A stretch of DNA of 64,000 nt from an uncultured Aliarcobacter sp. (lineage in GTDB: Bacteria > Campylobacterota > Campylobacteria > Campylobacterales > Arcobacteraceae): assembly GCA_963664305.2 (NCBI GenBank), contig CAXXLV010000002.1, positions 1,344,001 to 1,408,000 of the forward strand, written 5' to 3'. A program made the translations under genes and the position numbers. The notes under the pieces are model-generated. The model had not been told where the DNA came from, ran no database searches, and worked only from the letters and a program-made list of their open reading frames with translations. This document shows positions 47,327-56,374 of the stretch, piece after piece. The stretch's first letter is position 1. Each line of letters opens with the position of its first letter.

Positions 47327-47833
47327 ATGTATGAAGATATATTTAGTGAAAATGATATGATAAAGCTTCAAGAGCTTTTACGAACACATAATAAAACAAT
47401 AACAACAGCTGAATCTTGTACAGGAGGTTTAGTTGCAAGTTTAATTACAAAAATTTCTGGTTCATCAGATATATTCAATGGAAGTGTAGTTACATATTCA
47501 AATAAAATAAAAAATCAAGAATTAAAAGTAGAAAATGGAACTTTAGAAACATTTGGTGCAGTAAGTATTGAAGTAGTAAAAGAAATGCTTGATGGAGTAA
47601 TTAAAAAATTTGATGCAGATTTTGCTATTGCTATCTCAGGAATTGCAGGTCCTACAGGTGAAACAAAAAATAAACCAGTAGGTACAGTTGTTATTGGTAT
47701 AAGTGACTCAAATAACCATAAAATCGTAACTTCATACCATTTTAAAGGTTCAAGAGAAGAGGTACAAATTCAAGCTGCAAAAACATCTTTGAAAGAAATT
47801 TCAAAATTTATTCAAAAAACTCTTGACAAATAA
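47327..47833 (+). CDS. CinA C-terminal domain / NMN deamidase PncC
   Basis: TAESCTGG, 'VTYSN..K', GAVS, SGIAGP and KPVGTV motifs. Confidence 0.9.
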   Translation: MYEDIFSENDMIKLQELLRTHNKTITTAESCTGGLVASLITKISGSSDIFNGSVVTYSNKIKNQELKVENGTLETFGAVSIEVVKEMLDGVIKKFDADFAIAISGIAGPTGETKNKPVGTVVIGISDSNNHKIVTSYHFKGSREEVQIQAAKTSLKEISKFIQKTLDK

Positions 47834-47851
47834 AATGTTTTGCACTATAAT
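47823..47851 (+). promoter_or_regulatory. Consensus sigma70 promoter of the tRNA operon
   Basis: TTGACA (47823-47828), 17 bp, TATAAT (47846-47851). Confidence 0.85.
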
Positions 47852-47896
47852 TCCAGTCCAATTTAAGTAGAACAACTTAAAGAAGGACAAATATGT

Positions 47897-47972
47897 GACC
47901 CGTTAGCTCAGCCGGTAGAGCATCTCACTTTTAATGAGGGGGCCGATGGTTCGAATCCATCACGGGTCACCA
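47897..47972 (+). tRNA. tRNA-Lys(TTT), copy 1
   Basis: Cloverleaf; anticodon loop CT-TTT-AA; GTTCGAATC; encoded CCA. Confidence 0.95.
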
Positions 47973-47995
47973 CTTTTATATTGTTGCATAATCTT

Positions 47996-48070
47996 GGCCC
48001 CTTCATCTAACGGTTAGGATTCATGGTTTTCATCCATGCCACAGGGGTTCGAATCCCCTAGGGGTCACCA
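47996..48070 (+). tRNA. tRNA-Glu(TTC), copy 1
   Basis: CATGG-TT-TTC-AT-CCATG anticodon arm; T-loop; CCA. Confidence 0.95.
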
Positions 48071-48089
48071 AGTCAAATATGCAACAAAC

Positions 48090-48165
48090 GGTCGATTAGC
48101 TCAGTTGGTAGAGCGCTACCCTTACAAGGTAGATGTCATAAGTTCGAGTCTTATATCGACCACCA
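48090..48165 (+). tRNA. tRNA-Val(TAC), copy 1
   Basis: CTACC-CT-TAC-AA-GGTAG anticodon arm; CCA. Confidence 0.95.
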
Positions 48166-48229
48166 CTTAAAAATCTAAAAATACAGTTAGTATAAGATTT
48201 TTATTTTATTGTGACTTTGTTTATAAAGT

Positions 48230-48306
48230 GCGGCTGTAGTTTAGTTGGTTAGAATGCCTGCCTGTCACGCAGGAGGTCGCGAGTTCGAGTCTCGTCAGCC
48301 GCGCCA
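48230..48306 (+). tRNA. tRNA-Asp(GTC), copy 1
   Basis: CCTGC-CT-GTC-AC-GCAGG anticodon arm; CCA. Confidence 0.95.
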
Positions 48307-48328
48307 CTTTTATTTATTGTTTTTATGT

Positions 48329-48404
48329 GACCCGTTAGCTCAGCCGGTAGAGCATCTCACTTTTAATGAGGGGGCCGATGGTTCGAATCCATCACGGGTC
48401 ACCA
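48329..48404 (+). tRNA. tRNA-Lys(TTT), copy 2
   Basis: Identical to copy 1 (offset 432 bp). Confidence 0.95.
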
Positions 48405-48427
48405 CTTTTATATTGTTGCATAATCTT

Positions 48428-48502
48428 GGCCCCTTCATCTAACGGTTAGGATTCATGGTTTTCATCCATGCCACAGGGGTTCGAATCCCCTAGGGGTCAC
48501 CA
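48428..48502 (+). tRNA. tRNA-Glu(TTC), copy 2
   Basis: Identical to copy 1. Confidence 0.95.
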
Positions 48503-48521
48503 AGTCAAATATGCAACAAAC

Positions 48522-48597
48522 GGTCGATTAGCTCAGTTGGTAGAGCGCTACCCTTACAAGGTAGATGTCATAAGTTCGAGTCTTATATCGACCACCA
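48522..48597 (+). tRNA. tRNA-Val(TAC), copy 2
   Basis: Identical to copy 1. Confidence 0.95.
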
Positions 48598-48618
48598 CTT
48601 CTCAATATATTTCCAAGT

Positions 48619-48695
48619 GCGGCTGTAGTTTAGTTGGTTAGAATGCCTGCCTGTCACGCAGGAGGTCGCGAGTTCGAGTCTCGTCAGCCGCGCCA
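48619..48695 (+). tRNA. tRNA-Asp(GTC), copy 2
   Basis: Identical to copy 1; shorter Val-Asp spacer. Confidence 0.95.
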
Positions 48696-48774
48696 CTTGA
48701 AATATACTTAAAAAAGATTCTTATTATAAAAAACTAGATACCATATCAACCATTTAATTGTCTAAAGGTAATTT

Positions 48775-50358
48775 ATGTTAAAAGCAAAAAGTTTATATCA
48801 TTTAATCGTATATAGTATTTTATTTATTATTATCCTAATTTCATTTTTTACTTTCATTATTATAAATAATGCTCATGAAGAACTTCAAGAAAAAATACAT
48901 ACACTAAAAAATGATTATACAAATAGTCAAAAAACTCTAATTAAAAATCAAGTTAACTATGTCATAAATTTTATTGATTACTATTACAATCAAAACAAAG
49001 ATAAAAAACCATTAGAAACTATTCAAAAAGAAGTTATTGAAGCTATTGAAAAACTAAGAATTGGAGATAATCCAAATGAATATATTTTCATATACAATTT
49101 TAATGGTGTTGTAATTCAAAATTCTGTTTCAAAAGAGAGTATTGGAAAAAACTTTATAAATGTTGTTGATTCAAATGGAAAAGAAGTTATAAAAGAATTA
49201 ATAACAACATCAAAAAAAGAATTTGGTGGTTATGTTGATTATGTTTGGTTTAAACCAGAGATAAATAAAGAGACAAATAAAGTATCATATGCAAAATCTT
49301 ACAACAAATGGAATTGGACTATAGGAAAAGGTGTTTATCTTGATGAAATTGATAAATTAGTACATTTAAAAGAAGAAGAATATAATCAAAAAATATCTAA
49401 TTACACTTTACAAATCTCTTCTTTAACTATAATGTTAATCCTCTACTCTATTTTTATATATAAAAATGCAACTATTCTAATCGTTAATGATGTTAAAGAG
49501 ATTGGAAAATACTTTAAAGAATCACAAAAAAATGATGAACCAATAAATCAAAATAGAATTATTTTTGGTGAATTTAAAGTTATTGCAAATTATGCAACAG
49601 ATGCTATGAATAATATAAAGTTAAAAACACACATGTTAGAAGATTTAAATAAAAATCTTGAATATAAAGTAAGTGAAAAAACAAGTGAGTTAACAAATTT
49701 AATTGAATCACAAAAGAAATTTATTAAAAATTCAGTTCATGAAATAAATACACCATTGTCAATCATTAGAACAAATATTGACTTACTTAAAATGAAAATC
49801 CCTAATAATAAATATATAACTAATATAGAATCTGGTTCAAAAATTATTCAATATATCTATGATGATTTATCATACTTAGTAAAAAAAGATAGAGTTGTTT
49901 ATGAAAAAGAGTATTTAGATTTTACTAATATTTTAAAAAATAGATTAGATTTTTTTGATGAAATTGCTAAATCAAACTCTTTATATTTTATAAACAGTAT
50001 TGAAGATGATTTATATATAAAATTTAATGTTACGGAGCTTCAAAGAATTATTGATAATAATCTTTCAAATGCAATAAAATATTCATTTGCAAAATCTCCA
50101 ATATTTGTAAAACTATATTATTTAAATGATGATGAAATAGAGTTTTCTGTTACAACAAATTCAAAACAAATTGAACAAACAGAAAAAATTTTTGATGATT
50201 TCTATAGAGAAAATTCTGCTCGTGGAGGATTTGGATTAGGTTTAAAAATAGTAAAAGATATATGTGATAAAAATTTAGTTATAATCAATCTTAATTCAAA
50301 TGAAAAAGAGACAAAATTTACGTACAGGTTTAAAATAAATGAAGATACTACTACTTGA
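48775..50358 (+). CDS. Sensor histidine kinase with a periplasmic single Cache (sCache_2-like) domain
   Basis: Two TM segments; 'YIFIYNFNG...IGKN...DSNGK...GGYVDYVWFKP...KVSYA...WNWTIGKGVY'; H-box VHEINTPL; NNLSNAIKYS; GGFGLGL. Confidence 0.9.
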   Translation: MLKAKSLYHLIVYSILFIIILISFFTFIIINNAHEELQEKIHTLKNDYTNSQKTLIKNQVNYVINFIDYYYNQNKDKKPLETIQKEVIEAIEKLRIGDNPNEYIFIYNFNGVVIQNSVSKESIGKNFINVVDSNGKEVIKELITTSKKEFGGYVDYVWFKPEINKETNKVSYAKSYNKWNWTIGKGVYLDEIDKLVHLKEEEYNQKISNYTLQISSLTIMLILYSIFIYKNATILIVNDVKEIGKYFKESQKNDEPINQNRIIFGEFKVIANYATDAMNNIKLKTHMLEDLNKNLEYKVSEKTSELTNLIESQKKFIKNSVHEINTPLSIIRTNIDLLKMKIPNNKYITNIESGSKIIQYIYDDLSYLVKKDRVVYEKEYLDFTNILKNRLDFFDEIAKSNSLYFINSIEDDLYIKFNVTELQRIIDNNLSNAIKYSFAKSPIFVKLYYLNDDEIEFSVTTNSKQIEQTEKIFDDFYRENSARGGFGLGLKIVKDICDKNLVIINLNSNEKETKFTYRFKINEDTTT

Positions 50359-51001
50359 AGATGAGTTAATGCTAAATAATGCGATAAGTGAATATTTAAG
50401 AAATATAGGTCATATGGTTGAAAGTTTCTCTGATGGACAAGATGTTCTTGATAATATCAATAGTTCATATGATTTACTTGTATTAGATATTAACGTTCCT
50501 ACAAAAGATGGTTTTGAAATTTTAAGTGAATTAAATAGCAAAAAAATTTACATACCAACAATTTTTATTTCTGCATTAATCGACATTGAAGATATCTCTA
50601 AAGCTTATGATTTAGGTTGTAGAGAATATATAAAAAAACCTTTCCATTTAGGTGAATTAGGTATAAAAATAAATCAAATACTAAAAAAAGAACAAAACAA
50701 TACTTCTCATATAAGATTTTCAGAAAATTACTCTTACTCAAAAGATAAACAAACTTTATATTTTAATGGTGAACCACAAAATTTGACAAAAAAACAGTTA
50801 GAAATAATTCATATTTTAGCACTTAATATAAATATGATAGTTGATTTTGAAAGATTTAGAATCGATATTTGGGATGGAGAAAATATAGATAATCCAACAA
50901 TAAGAGCTGAAATATCAAGATTAAAAAAAGCATTAAAAGAAGATTTCATAAAAAATATCAGAGGACTTGGCTATAAAATAGACAGATATTATTCTGTTTA
51001 A
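50339..51001 (+). CDS. OmpR-family response regulator
   Basis: LLEDE, VLDINVP, KKPF receiver motifs; winged helix 'IRAEISRLKK...NIRGLGYK'; overlaps the kinase gene. Confidence 0.93.
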   Translation: MKILLLEDELMLNNAISEYLRNIGHMVESFSDGQDVLDNINSSYDLLVLDINVPTKDGFEILSELNSKKIYIPTIFISALIDIEDISKAYDLGCREYIKKPFHLGELGIKINQILKKEQNNTSHIRFSENYSYSKDKQTLYFNGEPQNLTKKQLEIIHILALNINMIVDFERFRIDIWDGENIDNPTIRAEISRLKKALKEDFIKNIRGLGYKIDRYYSV

Positions 51002-51026
51002 AAAAGCCTAATCCTCGGCTTTTTTT
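51000..51026 (+). terminator. Intrinsic terminator after the two-component operon
   Basis: AAAAAAGCC-TAATCCTC-GGCTTTTTTT. Confidence 0.65.
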
Positions 51027-51084
51027 AAATACTTTATTCAATAAATATCTCAAAAATAATTAAATTTCCCAAAAAAAAATTAAT

Positions 51085-51117
51085 TGCTACCTTTTTGCTA
51101 TTCACAATTGTTATAGT
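51085..51117 (+). promoter_or_regulatory. Promoter of the DUF4212-symporter operon with a direct-repeat box
   Basis: TGCTAC-CTTTT-TGCTAT-N10-TATAGT (extended -10 TGTTATAGT). Confidence 0.6.
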
Positions 51118-51176
51118 TTCATTGTTAATTATTTGACATTTATTTGTTTAATAAAAATTCAAAAAGGAGAGCTAAG

Positions 51177-51431
51177 ATGAGTCCAGAAAAAGCACAAGCA
51201 TACTGGAAAGAAAATATTTCTATGATTATCAAATTACTTGTAGTTTGGTTTCTAGTTTCTTTTGGTTGTGGAATTTTATTTATTAACGAACTAAACACTA
51301 TTGAGATTAGTGGAGTTAAATTAGGTTACTGGTTTGCACAACAAGGTGCGATTTATATATTTGTTATCTTAATTTTTGTTTACGTTAAAGTAATGACAGG
51401 AATTGATGAAAAATATGGCGTAAATGAATAG
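51177..51431 (+). CDS. DUF4212 small symporter-associated membrane subunit
   Basis: Start reassigned to ATG at 51177 (AGGAG RBS); 'YWKEN', 'LLVVWFLVSFG' and 'LGYWFAQQGAI' motifs. Confidence 0.88.
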   Translation: MSPEKAQAYWKENISMIIKLLVVWFLVSFGCGILFINELNTIEISGVKLGYWFAQQGAIYIFVILIFVYVKVMTGIDEKYGVNE

Positions 51432-51442
51432 GGAGTAGAAAG

Positions 51443-53338
51443 ATGGAATTACAAACATTAATTTATCTATTCGTAGGTGTTTCTTTTGCTATTTACATAG
51501 GTATTGCTTTATGGGCAAAAGCTGGTTCAACTAAAGATTTCTATGTTGCTGGTGGTGGAGTTCACCCTGTTGCAAATGGTATGGCTACTGCTGCTGACTG
51601 GATGAGTGCTGCGTCATTTATCTCACTTGCAGGTATTATTGCTTTCAAAGGAAGTGATGGAGCTGCATATTTAATGGGATGGACTGGTGGATACGTTCTA
51701 CTTGCGATGTTACTTGCTCCTTATTTAAGAAAATTTGGTAAATTTACTGTTCCAGATTTCGTTGGTGATAGATATTATTCTGATACAGCTAGACTTGTTG
51801 CTGTTATTGGTGTTATTTTCGTTTCATTTACTTATGTTGCAGGACAAATGAGAGGTGTTGGTATCGTATTCTCAAGATTCTTACAAGTTGATGTTAATAC
51901 AGGTGTTATCATTGGTATGGCAATTGTATTCTTCTACTCAGTTCTTGGTGGAATGAAAGGTATTACATATACTCAAGTTGCTCAATATGTTGTTATGATT
52001 TTTGCTTATACAATTCCAGCAATTTTCTTATCATTACAAGTAACTGATACATTTTTACCTCAATTAGGTATTTTTTCAACTACTACATTTGCATTTAGTA
52101 CAGGAGTACAAGTAATTCCAGAAGGAACTTATCTTTTACATGCACTAGATCAGTCGTTACTTGATTTAGGATTTAAACCTTATACTGAGCCAGGTAACTT
52201 ATGGAATGTATTTATGTTAACAACTGCTTTAATGTTAGGTACAGCTGGTCTTCCTCACGTTATTGTTAGATTCTTTACAGTTCCTACAGTAAAAGATGCG
52301 AGAGTATCGGCTGGTTGGGCTTTAGTATTCATTGCTATTATGTATACAACTATTTCTTCTGTTGCTTCTTTCTCAAGAATCAACTTAATTAAAAATGTAC
52401 AAAATGTTGAATATTCAACATTTGTAAATGGTGAAGCAAAACATATGGATGGTACGACAAACAATGGTAAATGGTTTGCTACATGGGAAAATGGTGGATT
52501 ATTAGCATGGAATGATAGAAATGGTGATGGTAAAATTCAATATGCTTCTGGAGCTGCATTTGATGGTAAAGGTGGAAAACCTGCATTTGATGGAGATAAA
52601 AGAGCTGAAGATGGTCACAAATTAAGCACAAATGCTAAAGGTGCAGCTGATGAAAAAGAATTAGCAAAAGGTAATGGAGTTGCTAATGAAATTTATGTTG
52701 ATAATGATATTATGGTTCTTGCAAATCCTGAGATTGCAAACTTACCAAATTGGGTTATTGCATTCATCGCAGCTGGAGGTTTAGCAGCAGCATTATCAAC
52801 TGCAGCTGGATTATTACTAGTTATTGCATCAGCTATTTCACACGATTTAATGGGACAAGTTATCTTCAAAGATAAAGCAACTGGTAAATCTACATTAAAT
52901 GAAAAAACTGAGTTAATGTGGGCAAGAATTTCAGCTATCGTTGCGATTGTTATTGCAGGATACTTAGGAATTAACCCTCCAGGTTTCGTTGCACAAGTTG
53001 TTGCTTTTGCATTTGGACTTGCAGCAGCTGCATTCTTCCCTACAATTATCCTTGGGGTATTTGATAAGAGAATGAATAAAGAAGGTGCGATTGCAGGTAT
53101 TTTAGTTGGTCTTATTTTCACATTCGGATACATCGTTTACTTCGTATTCATGGGTGGAAAACCAGAGAACTACTTATTTGGAATTAATCCAACAGGAATT
53201 GGAACTATTGGTACATTATTACACTTAATTGTGGCATTCGTTGTATCAAGAATGACTCCTCCACCTCCAACTGAGATTCAAGAATTAGTTGAGAGAATTA
53301 GAATTCCTTCTGGTGCTGGACAAGCATTAGATCACTAA
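51443..53338 (+). CDS. Sodium:solute symporter, VC_2705-like subfamily (probable acetate/monocarboxylate uptake)
   Basis: 'FYVAGGGV..VANGMATAADWMSAASF', 'GKFTVPDF..DRY' and '[14 protein letters not shown]'; loop with 'DRNGDGKIQY'. Confidence 0.9.
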   Translation: MELQTLIYLFVGVSFAIYIGIALWAKAGSTKDFYVAGGGVHPVANGMATAADWMSAASFISLAGIIAFKGSDGAAYLMGWTGGYVLLAMLLAPYLRKFGKFTVPDFVGDRYYSDTARLVAVIGVIFVSFTYVAGQMRGVGIVFSRFLQVDVNTGVIIGMAIVFFYSVLGGMKGITYTQVAQYVVMIFAYTIPAIFLSLQVTDTFLPQLGIFSTTTFAFSTGVQVIPEGTYLLHALDQSLLDLGFKPYTEPGNLWNVFMLTTALMLGTAGLPHVIVRFFTVPTVKDARVSAGWALVFIAIMYTTISSVASFSRINLIKNVQNVEYSTFVNGEAKHMDGTTNNGKWFATWENGGLLAWNDRNGDGKIQYASGAAFDGKGGKPAFDGDKRAEDGHKLSTNAKGAADEKELAKGNGVANEIYVDNDIMVLANPEIANLPNWVIAFIAAGGLAAALSTAAGLLLVIASAISHDLMGQVIFKDKATGKSTLNEKTELMWARISAIVAIVIAGYLGINPPGFVAQVVAFAFGLAAAAFFPTIILGVFDKRMNKEGAIAGILVGLIFTFGYIVYFVFMGGKPENYLFGINPTGIGTIGTLLHLIVAFVVSRMTPPPPTEIQELVERIRIPSGAGQALDH

Positions 53339-53345
53339 AAACTAT

Positions 53346-53370
53346 AAAGTATACCTTCGGGTATACTTTT
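53346..53370 (+). terminator. Intrinsic terminator with a UUCG tetraloop
   Basis: AAAGTATACC-TTCG-GGTATACTTTT. Confidence 0.8.
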
Positions 53371-53433
53371 AGTATTTTTTTAAATTAAATATACTAATTT
53401 AATTTAGAAAAATACTAACAATAAAGGAAATAT

Positions 53434-55254
53434 ATGAGTATACAAGATCAAGAGGCTTTTCTTTCAAATATTCATCCTTTTCAAGTTTTAACTCCAGGTC
53501 AGATGTCTTTATGTATACAACACATGGATATTGCTTATTATCCAAAAGATACAGTATTAATAAGTCCAGAAAAAATTCCTAATCATTTTTTCATTATTAT
53601 AAAAGGTGCAGTTTATGAATATTCACCTGATAATATCGTTGTTATGGATTATCAAAATGAAGATTCTTTTGATTCAAATTCATTAATCTATGGAAAATGC
53701 AATAATACTTTTAGAGTAAATGAAGAACTTATTTGTTATGAAATTGAGAAAAATACTTTTTTAAATTTGATTGAAAAAAATCAACAATTTAAAGACTATT
53801 TTCTAAAAGATTTAGTAAATAAAATTCAATCATTAAAAGATAAAGAATATACTTCTCAACTTTCATCTTTTATGATTGCAAAAGTTGAAGATACACTAAT
53901 TCATGAAGCATGTATTGTTGATGAAAATACAAAACTTATCGATGCAATTCAAAAATCAATGGAATATAAAACTTCTACAATTATAATAAAAAAAGAGTCA
54001 GGTGAATATGGAATTATTACCGATTCACTTTTAAAAATAAAAGTATTATTAGAAGGAAGAGATTTAGATATTCCTGTTAGTAGTATTGCTATTTTCCCTC
54101 TTCTAACGGTAAATAATGATGATTATTTATTTGAAGCTTTAACAATTCTAATTAAAAGAAATATCAAAAGAATTGGTGTAACAAATAACAAAGGTGAAAT
54201 GATAGGTATACTAGAGCAAATTGATGTTCTTTCTCATTTTGCAAATCATAGTTATGTAGTTGATTCAAAAATTAAAAAAGCAAAAAATGTTGAAGATTTA
54301 AAATCTGCTAGCAAAGATTTGATTAATATTATAAAAAGCCTACATGCAAAAGGTGTTAAAGTAAATCATATTTCAAATCTAATTGGTCAATTAAATACAA
54401 AAGTCTATCAAAAACTTTATAATCTTGTACTTCCAAAAGAGTTACGAAATGATGCATGTTTTATAGTAATGGGAAGTGAAGGAAGAAATGAACAAATCAT
54501 AAAAACTGACCAAGACAATGCACTTGTTGTTAGAGATGATGTTGATGTTGAACAATACAGACCTTATATGCAAGAAATTACTAAACATTTAATAGACTTC
54601 GGTTATCCTCCTTGTGAAGGTAATATAATGGTTTCAAATCCATTTTGGTGTAAAAATGTAAAAGAATACAAAGCTGAAACAGTAAGATGGATAGAAGCAC
54701 CTGATATGCAAAACTATATGGATTTAGCAATATTCTTTGATTCATTTGCAGTTGCAGGAGATAAAGAACTTTTAATTAATTTAAAAGATAATTTATTTAA
54801 TAAACTTCATGATAAAGATGTATTTATGGCATATTTTGCAAGAGCTACACTTGCATTTGATACACCAACAACAATTTCAAATTTTATGACTAAAACTCAT
54901 TTTATAGATATTAAAAAAGCTGCTGTATTTCCAATAGTTCAAGGAATTAGAAGTTTAGCTTTAAGAGAAAGAATTAGAGAAACAACAACAGTAAAAAGAA
55001 TTAAAATTCTAGAAGAAAAAAGAATTATTGAAAAAGATAAAGCTGCTGAATTACTTGAAGCTTTTGATGTTGTTAATACTTTGAGATTAAAAGCTCAACT
55101 AGAAGATATTCAAGCAGGTAAAAAAATCAATAATGAAATAGATACTCATAGTTTAGGGAAAATTGAAAGAGATTTATTAAAAGATTCTTTCAAAATTGTT
55201 ATTGAATTTAAAAAATTCATTAATTATGTATTTAAAATTGATAAGATTTCATAA
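53434..55254 (+). CDS. cNMP-like - CBS pair - DUF294 nucleotidyltransferase protein, copy 1
   Basis: N-terminal cNMP-like domain (HPF...IIKGAV), CBS 'GIITDSLL', GlnD/GlnE-like 'MGSEGRNEQIIKTDQDNAL', DUF294_C 'DIKKAAVFPIVQGIR'. Confidence 0.88.
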   Translation: MSIQDQEAFLSNIHPFQVLTPGQMSLCIQHMDIAYYPKDTVLISPEKIPNHFFIIIKGAVYEYSPDNIVVMDYQNEDSFDSNSLIYGKCNNTFRVNEELICYEIEKNTFLNLIEKNQQFKDYFLKDLVNKIQSLKDKEYTSQLSSFMIAKVEDTLIHEACIVDENTKLIDAIQKSMEYKTSTIIIKKESGEYGIITDSLLKIKVLLEGRDLDIPVSSIAIFPLLTVNNDDYLFEALTILIKRNIKRIGVTNNKGEMIGILEQIDVLSHFANHSYVVDSKIKKAKNVEDLKSASKDLINIIKSLHAKGVKVNHISNLIGQLNTKVYQKLYNLVLPKELRNDACFIVMGSEGRNEQIIKTDQDNALVVRDDVDVEQYRPYMQEITKHLIDFGYPPCEGNIMVSNPFWCKNVKEYKAETVRWIEAPDMQNYMDLAIFFDSFAVAGDKELLINLKDNLFNKLHDKDVFMAYFARATLAFDTPTTISNFMTKTHFIDIKKAAVFPIVQGIRSLALRERIRETTTVKRIKILEEKRIIEKDKAAELLEAFDVVNTLRLKAQLEDIQAGKKINNEIDTHSLGKIERDLLKDSFKIVIEFKKFINYVFKIDKIS

Positions 55255-55886
55255 TGTTAGAAAATTTTTTTAAAAACTGGAATAGAAAAAGGTTAAAAGA
55301 TAAAAGATTTGATTTTTTATTTGATGAACCTTTACCAAATGAATTTGTATCATTAGATTGTGAAACTACTGGATTAAATCCAAAAAAAGACGAAATTCTT
55401 TCAATTGGAGCTGTTTTAATCAGAGATAACAAGATATTGATGAGAAAAACATTTAATATCTTTTTGAAACCTTCAAAAAATATAAATGCAGAATCAATTA
55501 AAATTCATCACATAAGAAAAGTAGATTTAGAAAATGCTCTTGAACCTCAAGATGCTATTTATCAACTACTAGATTTTATAGGTTCAAGACCAATTGTTGG
55601 TTATTATATAAAATTTGATGTAACAATCATTTCAAAATACACAAAAAATTTTATTGGTATAAAACTTCCTAATGAAACTATTGAAGTTTCATCTTTATAT
55701 TTCAAAACAAGAAAAAGATCAAGTGACTATCAATTTATTGATTTAAAATTTGACACTATTTTAAAAACATTAGATATTCCTGCTCTTGGGAAACATGATG
55801 CATTAAATGATGCTATCATGACTGCTATGATGTTTCTTAAACTAAAAGATTTAACTCCAGCGAAAACTACTTTCTATACAAATTAA
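55254..55886 (+). CDS. DEDDh 3'-5' exonuclease-fold protein, copy 1
   Basis: LDCETTG (ExoI), GYYIKFD (ExoII), HDALNDA (ExoIII); 1-bp overlap with the DUF294 gene. Confidence 0.9.
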   Translation: MLENFFKNWNRKRLKDKRFDFLFDEPLPNEFVSLDCETTGLNPKKDEILSIGAVLIRDNKILMRKTFNIFLKPSKNINAESIKIHHIRKVDLENALEPQDAIYQLLDFIGSRPIVGYYIKFDVTIISKYTKNFIGIKLPNETIEVSSLYFKTRKRSSDYQFIDLKFDTILKTLDIPALGKHDALNDAIMTAMMFLKLKDLTPAKTTFYTN

Positions 55887-55987
55887 GGATTTTATTCCTA
55901 ATTTGTATTTTATTTTTTAATAATATAATAACTCAATATATTTTCATTTTGAAAATATTATTAAAATTTTTAAAAATTATTTTTAAA

Positions 55988-56020
55988 TGCTATGCTATTG
56001 CGACTTTAATAGTCTAAGAT
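55988..56020 (+). promoter_or_regulatory. Promoter of DUF485-actP copy 1 with a direct-repeat box
   Basis: TGCTAT-GCTAT-TGCGAC-N10-TAAGAT; same spacing as 51085-51117. Confidence 0.55.
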
Positions 56021-56056
56021 TTCAAACATTTAAAAAGAATCTTACACGGGAGGCGA

Positions 56057-56374
56057 ATGATGGATAAAGAATTAGTTAACAAAATTAAATCTAATCCTAA
56101 ATATAAAGAGTTAGTTGAAAAAAGAAACTCGTTTTCTTTAAAACTATCTATTTTTGTTTTAGTTATGTTTTATGCATTTGTACTAGTAATTGCTTTTGAT
56201 AAAGAGTTATTAGCTACAAAAATTGGTGAGGGAGTTATGACTGCTGCATTTCCAGTTGGAGCTGCGATTATTATAATTAGCTTTATTACTACATTAATTT
56301 ATGTTAAAAGAGCAAATACTGAATTTGAAGATTTAACAAATGAAATCAAAAATGATGTAAAGGATTTATTATAA
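56057..56374 (+). CDS. DUF485 (YjcH-like) small membrane protein, copy 1
   Basis: '[10 protein letters not shown]', two TM segments, '[11 protein letters not shown]'; coupled to actP. Confidence 0.9.
   Translation: MMDKELVNKIKSNPKYKELVEKRNSFSLKLSIFVLVMFYAFVLVIAFDKELLATKIGEGVMTAAFPVGAAIIIISFITTLIYVKRANTEFEDLTNEIKNDVKDLL

Larger units (their letters stand above)
47893..48698 (+). repeat. Tandem duplication of the Lys-Glu-Val-Asp tRNA block
   Basis: The ~275-bp Lys-Glu-Val segment, including both spacers, recurs identically 432 bp downstream. Confidence 0.9.

Noticed and set aside
48245..48442. 65-aa ORF in the tRNA cluster
   Set aside because: Overlaps tRNA-Asp, -Lys and -Glu genes; spurious
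47893..48698. Repeats as a CRISPR array or prophage att sites
   Set aside because: The repeats are full-length tRNAs; no unique spacers, cas genes or integrase are present
55254..55886. Calling the exonucleases dnaQ (DNA polymerase III epsilon)
   Set aside because: Two copies, each coupled to a DUF294 gene in an acetate locus, with no C-terminal extension; a replicative role is unlikely
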